DNA from: Chrysomallon squamiferum | Taxonomy: Eukaryota; Animalia; Mollusca | Assembly: GCA_012295275.1 (NCBI GenBank) | Contig: CM022679.1 | Location: forward strand, 11,346,001-11,410,000 | Direction: 5' to 3' | DNA length: 64,000 bases | Part shown: piece after piece, positions 53,701 through 64,000 of the stretch | Layout: each line of letters starts with the position of its first letter | How positions within the stretch are numbered: position 1 is the stretch's first letter | The notes under the pieces: generated by a model | The model's database searches: none | Told to the model about the DNA's origin: nothing | Seen by the model: only the letters and a program-made list of their open reading frames with translations | Position numbers and translations under genes: made by a program

Positions 53701-56700
53701 TCTGTACAGTTTTCTGTGTTGTTGCTTTGATACTGGCAGTCATCCTTGTTTCTATCACTGTTAGGACCTGCATAAAGTATTAAATCACATTAATAGTTCA
53801 CTTTAAACTGGCCAATACAGCAGCTTAAGAAATCACTGTTCATATCCTGAGTTAACAGCAATGACTTAACTTATTACTGCCTTTCATAATTCAAATTTTA
53901 TTATGATCCAAATAATTATATTTAACTGTTACATGCTCTATGTAAAAATATATTATTTTTATGTTCCATTTTCTTTTTTTAACCAGATGTGCTATTCAGG
54001 TTTCTGGCCTAAATAATGATATTTCCAATATCTAATTAATAATTTGCTGTACTTTACTTATGTTCAGGACTAACAAAGGTAAAAAAGCTTGTTTTAGTAT
54101 CTCTATTAATAAATTATATTTATAAGTTTCTTTTGCAAGATATTCATTTATGTTTCAGATGTGGATGTGGATGTAACTTCTGTTGGTGAGGGAACTTGTT
54201 AAATATATCATAAAAGATTCATTTCTATTACTACTTAAGAAATTTACTATTTTAAAAAATACAACAAAGAATTATTAATTTATGATTATGCTTTGATTTC
54301 ATATTCTTCAGAATTAAAACACCCATAGATGACTAATGGAATAAGCAAAATCAACTTATTTGTACATTCTGGAGGAGCATGGGACCAGTTTCCATCAGAT
54401 CTACAAAGAATTTGTAGAGGACCTCGTAAGTCATATCCAGGATTGCATGTGTAATTCACAATGCTTCCTGCTGAATTACCATTTCCTGTAACAACTGTCT
54501 TTTGGGCATTTACTACATCAGGTGCATTTCCACAGCTGGAGGCTGCAAAAGTACAAACAAAATTAAAATTTTATTTTTCAATATTTGGAAGATGTGTTAG
54601 TGGGAAGAAATGTTCTTAATATTAATAAGTAGATACATGTAATAATGTAGAATGATTATATAAATGCAAAAATCCTAAAAGTAATCTGGTTAAAATCTAA
54701 GAATATTAAAAACAAAATACTCTTTATATCCCCCCAAAAAATAAAATAAAGATATGCATTATCTGAAAAAAGATATCAAATTCAGCTCAACAAGCCATCT
54801 TGGAATCAGAAATGTGCTTTATTCAAGATGGAAACTGCATACAGTGAGAAGAGAATTCCTAATCAAATTCAAACTATTACAAATTACATGACACAGAGGT
54901 ATCAAAACTGGCTAGAAAACTTACTCAGGATTGGTCAGAGTGTCATATCTTTTAGTCAATAATCAAAATATACTTCTTTTTTGTGATGTGTCTAACAGCA
55001 TATCACAACATACTGTATGACATGATGAACATGCAAATACATTTACAATTACAAACAATTTTCTGCAATGGTGTAATTCTTTTGACTTTTATTACAAACA
55101 CTTGCTTCTGCATTGTGGTGGTGTGCTCCAAGTCCCATTGTTAAGACAGGTCACTTTTGGTGAACCTTCCATCTGAAAACCATCATAACATTTATATATA
55201 GTCTCTGCCCCAAATGTAACAGATTCACTGTTATTGTTGGCAATATATCCATTATCTATAGCTTTGGGAACTCCACAATAAATGACTGAAAGGAAAAACA
55301 AAAATATAAACAGTTACCTTCACAGACCTTTTTTTTCTTTTCATTATTATTATTATTATACTTTTCATTTATTTGTTTATTTATATTTATTTTATTTTAT
55401 TCTTATTTTTTAATAATAAATGATGGAACATATGAAAAAGCAGAAAAGAAGATATATTAATCATATTTGTGTACATATTTAAATTAAATACTTTCATATA
55501 AGTTGTATGTGTGGATAGACAGACTGCATACAGATTCATAAAACAAAAAGAATAATAATTTACTTCCACAAGAAGGGTATCTAGTAACATTCCATTTCCC
55601 TCCTTTTAGACAACTTAATAACAAAGATTCCTTTAGATACAGTTCTTCTTGTTTAAATGAGTATCCATTATCACAACTCACTGTCACTTGTGAGTCATAC
55701 ATTTTTAAATCAGATGATAAGGTCATATTTGGAGAGGCTGGTATATCTTCACAACCTAACAAAATAAAATAAATGTATTGCAGAACTAGCTGAATGTAAC
55801 TTTTTGTAATTACAGTTTTGGTATAACTATTAGAAACACAGTTTGTGACAATTACTCATTTAAAGCAAAAGGTACATTGCGCGGCACAAATCAGAGTATA
55901 TTTCAAACTTATCAGTAGTAAATTTACAAAACACTTGTTGTTCCTCATTACAAAATATTTTACTATATGAAAACATTCCCAGTAGTGAGATAAAGACTCA
56001 AACATATTGATTAAGAAAAAAAAAAAGGTAAAATTACCAATACAAAAATATGAAAAACAATGAATGTGGCCAAACATTAAAAACAAATATGTAATTTATG
56101 ATTACATTATCATGAGATCTAGTATTTTAATTTTTAAAATCATCATAAATACATTAAATTCCATTTTCTCTCCTTCTTTGGTATATTGGTTACCTCTTGA
56201 ACATTTTAATAAAGGAATTAATATAATTTCAACTTCTTATTATTCTGTGTAAATTAATATCATGATCTTAAAAAAAAAAAAGAGAAGTGAAAAATTATTC
56301 AAATATCTACAATTTTCAGTGCAAGATAAAAAGATAGCTTACCAATTGAAAATTCAATCTTAAAGCACCCATCAGATTTGATAAGACTTGAAGTAAAAGT
56401 CAAATAAATAGAATCACCACCAGAAATTGTGGGTATTTTGTCATTTGTTAGAGATCCTGTAAATCCTGCAATCTTATGAATAGGAACAGACATCGCATCA
56501 GTCCAATTGTATATCTGCAACAATAACTAAAACTGTTGGTCGATTTTCTGATAAAAAATTCAACTTAAGAACAAAAAGTAGATTATCTGACAAAATATTT
56601 TGAGAAGATTATTAATTATAATTTATCTTCAAGATACATTACTGACAGTTCCAAAATTTCAAGAATAAAAATCCTAATGTAACATTATCTAATAATACTA

Positions 56701-59700
56701 ATGTACTTAGAACAATAAAAACACATAATTCTTTATATTTGTTCTCTGAATACCGTAACTACATCTTTTGTGTCAGTAAGAGAGAATTCAATCAGTTTTA
56801 GCAGAATAGGTCGTTTGTCAGATTCTGGTGCCTTCACAGTCCATGAGCAACCAATGGATGATGGATATTTATTTTTGAGATAACCAGGAGAGTATATTTC
56901 ACCCGAATGTTGTTGTATTTGGATGTCACACCCTGAAAATAAATATTGCAAGTAAACGACAAAATATGTTTAATACATTATAGATATATATTACAAATAA
57001 TGCTGAGCATATGTTACAAATTTTACCCAAAAGGAAAGAAATGAATTGTTAATATGATGGGTTTTTTACTGCATTTTATAACATCTAAAAAAAACACACC
57101 AATAAACAAGTAATACAGGCAAACAAGAAGGTTCTCAGAATACTATAAAATTTATTAAGTTTCAAAAGCAGTATATGCATTCTAATGTAAAAACTAATAT
57201 CAGTGTTTTCATTTTTTGGGCCATGAGAAATAAATATGTGTCAACAAATACATGCCCCTTTTTGTCCTCATACTGATTCCTTTTCCAGATTCTATTTTCT
57301 TTCCCTTTATATTTATTGTCATTTTGTTTCCTGTAGAAATGTAAATAGCAGGTGACCTCAGATCTGATGAATTAGTTATAATGACTGTGCTTTCAATGTA
57401 GTCTCCATCATAAATGGACAGTTCCCAATCAGTCTGCAAGTCAATCTCAACAACCTAATAAAATAAAATTATAGATGTATATTTTCTTAAGGACCCCTGA
57501 AGACCTACTGAGGAGCTGTACATTAAAGGTATTTTTTTTTAAATTTAAAATGTTTTGCTATAAATTATTTTAATTTATGGGTAAATATAGCTAGTCTTGA
57601 AATACAGGTTTCTCGCTGTTGTTTTTTCCTCTGCAAGAAAACTGCAGTGGAATAAACTGATTTCACAACAGTTGTTATGTCCTAAGTACTCGTTAGAATG
57701 CAAGTAAAAATATAGTAATTTTCTCTTCATATCAGGTTTTCTTTAATATTGAACAACCAACAATTTAATGCTTCTTATATTGAATACTATTTTTCTTCCT
57801 CATTTATTTAATAATATTTTACTTCTTACCCAAGAAACTGAAGATAGTTTTCATATATTAATAATTCAATAATAAGAAAATTGCAACATTATCTTACTGG
57901 TATTTATAAATTAACACTTTCTCAGTGAGAAATCTTCTGCAAGTAATCACCTGCCCATCCTTACCTCAAGTGTTAGAATGGAACCAACTTCTGTTGTGAT
58001 TAGCCACTTCCGAGAGAATGCATAAGGTGGTGTTTTAGGATAAAATGGTGATGTCAGATTTAGCCAATTATCCGATACACTGACAGTTTCAACAGATTTT
58101 GACAACTCTGAAACATCTGCAGTTAAGAAATAGGATTATCAGTTATTTCAAATTTACTTAGAAACATTTGACAATATCAGTTTAGATAACAGACTGCCAC
58201 TAATTTACTAGAACAAATTCTAAAATTACTTTGTTTGTTGAGTGGTATTATATAATTATTTCAAATTAATATGAAAATGAAAAAAATCTGAAAGACTAAC
58301 TATTTAAACAAAAGGGAAAACAGTCACTTACGGAAAACAATTACTTTTCTATACTTCACATATATGTTTCTATTATTAGCGAATCCAAATGTTTCAACAA
58401 TTTTTTCCTAATAATTTGTTTAATAACAAACTTAAAAGTGAAAGATAAAGTAATAATGAACTGACATTATAAAACAGTAATTAAATAACTATGTACATAA
58501 ACAATATTTCAATAAACTATTTTAATTATTGTATATATGTGTTCAGTTCCCTTCACAACTGATGAATAACAAACTGCTGAGTGAATAGAAGAACAGTTCT
58601 AATTCAGAAAACACAAAAATATCTTTGAAGATTTTTTTCTTTTTAAATTGCTTCATGAAAATAGGTAAATTTAATAGTAAACTAATTACATCTTCCTGCA
58701 CCCAGAATACCTGATTTCCATTCCACCACAAAGCCACTTGATTCTGTAGTTGCATCTGATCTGAATCTGATGATAGCAAAGTTGTTGATGCTATACACAA
58801 CTTTATTATCAGATACACCTGACAAAGTTGTCAACTGAATACTGTCTTCAAGTGACCTCGAGCCTCCCCACACTTCAATGGTATCACGATCCTTTTCTGT
58901 TTTTATTTGAGTGAACTAATAATTGAAAAATATTTTTATCTGCAAAAAGGATGTCCCTGCTGTGGTCTTTTATACTCTGTTGGACAAGTTGGAATCAAAA
59001 ATGTTTTAATTAAGTAATCAATGTATAAACCTGTATAAATCATGAGTGTTTTAAGTATTTTACTATTTGTTAAAAAATTATAAAATTGTCTTGTGTTTAA
59101 ATTTGATCTATGTATTAATGAAGGATAAGCTGTAAATATTTAAAAAATAAAGTGTATAATTCTGAGTCATTTATATTTGTAAAATTATCATTAAGCTGAT
59201 AAACAATAAAGTAAAAATTTATATAAAAATTAAATTTATTTACCATTAATTGTAGCTGGGTTCCCACTGGGCTCTCAATTGTCCAAAAGCAATCAGCATT
59301 AGCTTTGTAAGCACCCTGGGTGATAGTTCCTGATGCACCTAATTTATAGTAGGAGCATCTATCTTCTACAAATACATTTTTTATAACTTAATATTCCACA
59401 AACTCAAATGCACATATACCTATAAACTACTATTAAAAACAGCATTTAAAAATCCATATAATACTATTTTATTCACAACTTATTTTATAATAAAAAATAA
59501 AAAAGTAATTGATTTTTTTTGTTTCTTTTTCTGAATACATTAAAGATTTACCACAATTCATTTCATCAAAGTTGTTGGAACAGTCATTTATTCCATCACA
59601 AAACCACTTGGTGTTAATACACTTCCCATAGCCACAGTCAGATGTTCCTAAAACAAAAATTAAAATTAATAATAATTACAGTTTCAACATAATTCAGAGA

Positions 59701-62565
59701 AATTGGGTCATTGTTGATTGTAAAGATCTGCCCATATACATTTTTGATAAAATTTTAATATTATTTTCTGACATAAATATAAAGAAATAAATTACTGATC
59801 AGTACTTTGATTATCAAACACGTGATCATTTCACGACATATAACATTCTTATAATTCAGTGATAAAAGAAATTTGGATGTCATACTTGAATGTCATAAAT
59901 ATTAAAACAACAACTTGAATATGTTTAAACTATATATTTATGCATTTATAAGTAACAACAAAGGTATATTTTAAAACATTCCAAAACCTTACCAACTTAA
60001 AAAAGTACACTTAATATTATTACATTTAAAATTAGTTATTGGCATATTTTTTATGTTTGTAAGTTTGATCATTTTAAAAAAACTAAAAGAAAAATGAGCA
60101 GGAAAAAAATAAATTATTGCTTTTGTTTAACTAAATTAAAAATTAAATAATTAAAAGTTATATCTGATATTTGTTAAAATATTTAAAGAAAATATGATTA
60201 ATATATTTTTTTACTTGATGACATAGTACCAATACTAATACTGACCATTGATACACGCTGGTTTTTTACAAACGAAGGGCAATAATTCTTGACAGTTTGA
60301 AACCTTCCATAGACCATTTAGACCCACAGACACACAAGATCCATTTTCAGTGTCAAGAGGAGGCTGGTTATTATCCCAGATACCCTCACACTTGGTTGAA
60401 TCTGAGGAAGAAATTGAATACATACATACAGTCATATACATACGTACATGTATATAAAGAAGAAAAGAAAAAAGCCGACGAAGAAAAGAAGAACAAAATA
60501 CCACTGAAAAACAAACCATTATAAACAATGGGTTATCGTTTTGTTCTCGTTTCCTCTGTAGAGATTCTGTATATATGAATTCTGACTTCATCATGTTAAT
60601 AATGGCTAACGAGTTTGCTTCAGCGTTTCTTTAATTTCTAGAGCTATCAGAAAAGAAAAAAAGGCAACAACGATATAAACAATTCGCTATATAAGCGATG
60701 CCATCACGATCCTGTTTACTTACAAATGAAATGAGCGGTGAAAACAACGAAATAATCATTTGGAAATATAAAGATTTTATTTCAGGGCATTTATTCCTAC
60801 CGCTAAAGTTAGACTTTATATTTAATGGTTTTCATTAAAGTATTGAAAATGCCATTGGAGAAATGCTCAATATAATTAAACTGTGTATCGTTTATCAAAG
60901 AAAAAAAAAATAACCACAAAATAATTGTAGAAATAATAGCATTAAATAAATGTTAAGAAAAATAAGTGCAAAACAGTATATCTAACCTGTTTTTAGTTAA
61001 TTCTATGCACTACATGGAACAGTATTACTATCTATGATGTATTTTCAGCAAAACTAAGGAGGAAAAAAGCATCCGAGACCTTATTAATATTACCAAATGA
61101 GCAATAGTTATCAATCCACTTACTTTTAAATAAAATTATTGTTAAATTAAGTTTAATACTAATAGATATAAAAACCGATATTGATAAATCTACTGCAATA
61201 TTATATACTAAGTGATTAATTACATCGCGATAAGAAAATAATTATAGCTTTGCATAACTTTCATAAATTCCGCGACATTTTCATCGATTTATAATAACGA
61301 AACATACCGATATTTGTTCATTTAGCAATGTGAATTTAATGTCCAAGTTTACTTTAATTTTTCTTGCATACAAATAAAAACGTAATAAATAGATACGTTT
61401 TGGAGGTTTTATATTTTCTTGTAAAAGAAACAACAAAAAAATCATTAATTATGTAAAATTTACTTTCTTTGTTATAGACTCAATACCTGAGAAACAAAAC
61501 TTCAAATAAACATATCATTCTCCATAATGGCGAATTGCAGATAAATATAGGAATTACATTCAGCATTGGCGATTCAGGTATTATTTGTCTGAACATTGCT
61601 GCTATAAAATGGTCGAGATGGGTCTTTTGATTTTTAGACCATCACCTTGACACCTTATTTCATGAAGAAATTCACTGCTTTTACAAAAAGTGTATTTTAT
61701 ATCGTTTATCCTAAATATTTTTAATTCAAGGTAAAGAATACTTTATACATGCAACAAAGATAAAATTAAACAGATAATACCTAAAAATTTCAGTCCATTC
61801 CAAAACCTGGAGCTGAAAACCGATTTTACAAACTGTGCTATCTCCCGATTTTCAATGTCATCTTCTATGCCTACAGATTTTGCTTGTAGGCTGAAATATA
61901 AAATGCATTATTTAAAGATTTTATGATTATTTGTAATTATATAAAAGAACAGAAATACAGAAAACCCCATCAGTACCAAATTTGTCCGATTTCTTTTTTT
62001 TTTTTTTGTTTTAAATACAAAATTAATGACCTTTTGCATGTTTTCTCTGCCTCTTCAAAATCCGTTGAAAAATTTACAAGAAGATAACAGTTAGTTCCGT
62101 AAGACTTCCAGTCTGGAAAATGATTATAATAAAGTGAATATAATCTTTTCAGAAAAAAAATACACAAAAACAACAAAACAAAAATCTTTGTTATTTACTA
62201 TTTGAGCTGATCTGTTTTTGTTTAGTCATAGTTGAACCATCAAGTAGTCAGTGCAATAATTGTACATACGACAAAATTATGAAACAGAACGTTCTACACA
62301 ATACTCTTTATATATTTTCTTATACAAATAAATTTATTTAATAATTATGATATAATTATAAAGCTTAGCTTTAGCTTAGTTTATTAATTTAGTTTTCTTT
62401 CAAATGAATTATAACTTTCTAACATCAGTGACGGTTGCAGAACTTCAAGAATTGTGTCATTATTATGATGAATTTAACTTTCAGTGAATTTCATTAGAAA
62501 TACAATAAAATATTTGTCGGCAGAAAACAAAAACCAAAGTGAGATCAACTAACGTATTATTTTTC

Positions 62566-62615
<50 letters not shown>

Positions 62616-62709
62616 AAAAAGTTTTCCAAAACTACTCACCTTGTGGACATCCAAATGCTAGATCACCGAGTTTTGTGTAATGCATATCATCGATGGACTC
62701 TGACAGTAA
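23972..62709 (-). CDS. Uninflatable (Uif)-like giant type I membrane protein; 5' end not found; contains lesions and spans an assembly gap, so it may be two tandem paralogs
   Basis: About 57 exons read in order: C-type lectin (62709-60246), LDLa (59647-59552), 3 CUB (59365-56343), 3 CCP/sushi (55755-54360), EGFs+LamG (53767-48415), gap, EGFs+LamG (48214-41945), HYR (41590-41013), CCP-like and SEA-like (40685-37700), 13 ephrin-receptor-like repeats (37547-28948), SEA-like with RRRR (27932-26363), one more repeat (26038-25891), EGF (25150-25037), TM (24659-24551), tail (24113-23972). The CTL-LDLa-CUBx3-CCPx3 start resembles Drosophila Uif. Confidence 0.75.
28948..37547 (-). CDS. Array of 13 single-exon ephrin-receptor-like (GCC2/GCC3-type) Cys-rich repeats
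   Basis: Phase 1-1 exons of about 150-180 nt with the pattern C-x-x-G...CxxCxxGxY(Q)...CxxC...T...S...C, starting near 37547, 36632, 36177, 35668, 35350, 34762, 33697, 33109, 32582, 31918, 30951, 30068 and 29114. Confidence 0.85.
31717..31756. repeat. (AC)n microsatellite
   Basis: Directly visible, beginning a few bases into the intron after the donor at 31760. Confidence 0.95.
42018..47182 (-). repeat. Segmental duplication copy 2 (EGF exons plus LamG exons, with introns)
   Basis: Collinear with 48415-53895 in both exons and introns, for example 44264-44429 vs 50904-51069 and 46408-46601 vs 53107-53300. Confidence 0.92.
48215..48414. other. Assembly gap (200 N)
   Basis: Run of N. It interrupts a LamG exon on one side and an EGF exon on the other. 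Confidence 1.
48415..53895 (-). repeat. Segmental duplication copy 1 (EGF exons plus LamG exons, with introns)
   Basis: Collinear with 42018-47182. Similarity ends abruptly after TTACTGC(C/A)TTTCATAATTCAAA at 53895/47182, and the other end runs into the gap. Confidence 0.92.
54360..59365 (-). CDS. Three CUB and three CCP/sushi domains of the Uif-like gene
   Basis: DCFWTIE..D.IEVWGG..IRFRSDATTESSGF; LTSPFYP; GEIYSPGY...CSWTV; C..GY...C...GKWN...C; CYDGFQMEGSPKVTC...WS.PPQC; CNPGYDLRGPLQILC..GNWS..PEC. Confidence 0.88.
59552..62709 (-). CDS. C-type lectin and LDL-receptor class A exons of the Uif-like gene
   Basis: CPQDWKSYGTNCY...AEKTC...FWNGL...WDNNQP...GSCV...WKVSNC...PFVCK from exons 62709-62640, 62112-62031, 61890-61781 and 60401-60246. 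CGYGKCINTKWFCDGINDCSNNFDEMNC from 59647-59552. Confidence 0.88.
62571..62614. repeat. (ATT)n microsatellite
   Basis: Directly visible. Confidence 0.9.
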
Positions 62710-62923
62710 CTGAAAATGAAAGTGACAGTGATACTGAATTCGATGATGGGTAATATGGAACATTTTATGTAAATATTAGAAGTCATGAATTTAAATATAT
62801 TATAGCAGTTGAAAATTTGTAGGTTTTTGTTTTCGTCGTTGTTACTGTTGTTGTTTTAGGGTTATTTTATTTATTTATTTATTATTCCATCAGTTTCATT
62901 ATTATTATTTCAATTCACTTATA

Positions 62924-62957
<34 letters not shown>

Positions 62958-64000
62958 TAATATTATAATTTATTATTATTTTTTGTTATTGTTGTTGTTG
63001 TTGTTGTTCGTTATGGAGTGGAGATGGTGTTTTCAAGCAAACGTACAATGAATCTCCACCATTGAGCGGTCAAAGTACAAATGTTTCATCATCTTTAATG
63101 CTCAAATTGTGTGTTTTTTAAAAAGCATATGCTGATCTGAAAAGAAGGTTGTACTAACAGCTATCCAGATATTCATTTTATTATTATTTAAGTATTTTTT
63201 ATCTGATTACTAAATGTTGTTACACTATGAAATATATATTGTTTTTGCTAATTTTATTTAATCAGGCATGAGGATTGATATCACTGTTTTCAAAGTACTT
63301 TGGTTAGTTTTCCTAGTAGCACTGTTAGAAAAAAGTCCATCTAAATGTTTTGCAATACGCAGAATACCATAACAATAAATGTCCCTTTATAAAAAATTTA
63401 AAAAAAAAGATGATTTATATTTACTAACTTTGATCACGTTTTCAAACTAATTTAGAGAAACAAATCTGCTTCTTATCATAGAATATATAACTAAGTGTAT
63501 CACAAAAAGAAAACATCACAAAATCAAAACTGTTCGCTAATTTATGTATTTTTAAATATATTTTATTTAGTGTTTGTTACTGAAATAAAGATTCAGTATT
63601 CTACTGCATAGATGTTATATATATAATATCAAATGTAAAATGAAACAGTTTTCTTGTTTTTTCACTCATGTGCTTTGTCTCTCTGAAATACGATATTTCA
63701 CATGAAAAATTTTAGCCTAAAAGAAAGCTGGAATACAGTATTAAAATATTTAACGTCAGTCAAGTAAAGAGATTGTGTTCTTTCGTAAGGATAAGGGTAG
63801 TTCTTTCAAACAAATCTGTCAAGCAGGAAGAAATGTAACAAGAAGATAGTATATCAATTACAGTTTTCAGGGGTCAGAGCACAAGAGTTTGAAAAGAATT
63901 CTGCAAAAGATATAATTATATTACTTTTTTGTTTGAAAAAATATTTTTAATAGTAAAAATAGTAAAGCAAGTACTGCAACAGTAATCGCCATGTGCGTAT

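Noticed and set aside
2682-62709. Functional link among MZB1-like genes, renalase and the disulfide-rich Uif-like gene
   Set aside because: A chaperone-client pairing is attractive, but adjacency in an animal genome is not evidence without conserved synteny or co-expression.
62710-62763. In-frame ATG upstream of the first visible Uif-like exon
   Set aside because: The peptide MFHITHHRIQYH.. is not signal-like and a good acceptor (TTTTCAG) precedes 62709. The true first exon was not identified and may lie outside the window.
1-64000. CRISPR arrays, operons, rRNA/tRNA genes or prokaryotic defence systems
   Set aside because: The DNA is spliceosomal-intron eukaryotic sequence. No repeat-spacer array, cloverleaf or rRNA-like segment was seen.

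Overview
AT-rich, microsatellite-rich, intron-containing animal DNA. The composition looks molluscan, possibly cephalopod, but that is inference. Most entries in the supplied ORF track are exon fragments or noise, so genes were rebuilt by reading exons and splice sites by eye. (1) A + strand tandem cluster of MZB1/pERp1-like ER chaperone genes: two complete 4-exon genes (3960-6757, 8718-10497) and an orphan first exon (2682-2858) that is phase-compatible with the next gene's exon 2. All three starts carry a conserved ERSE-like element, and one copy has an acidic 7-aa repeat. (2) A 7-exon renalase gene on the - strand (16081-12081) with a decayed partial duplicate upstream. (3) Two MITE-like DNA transposon relics and a nested hairpin. 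(4) A roughly 39-kb, roughly 57-exon - strand gene for an uninflatable (Uif)-like type I membrane protein (CTL-LDLa-CUBx3-CCPx3-EGFs-LamG-HYR-ephrin-receptor-like repeats-SEA-like-EGF-TM-NPxY). It contains a duplicated segment of about 5 kb next to a 200-N gap, two frameshifted modular exons, an AT splice donor and two GC donors. Exon coordinates in the large gene may be off by a few bases.
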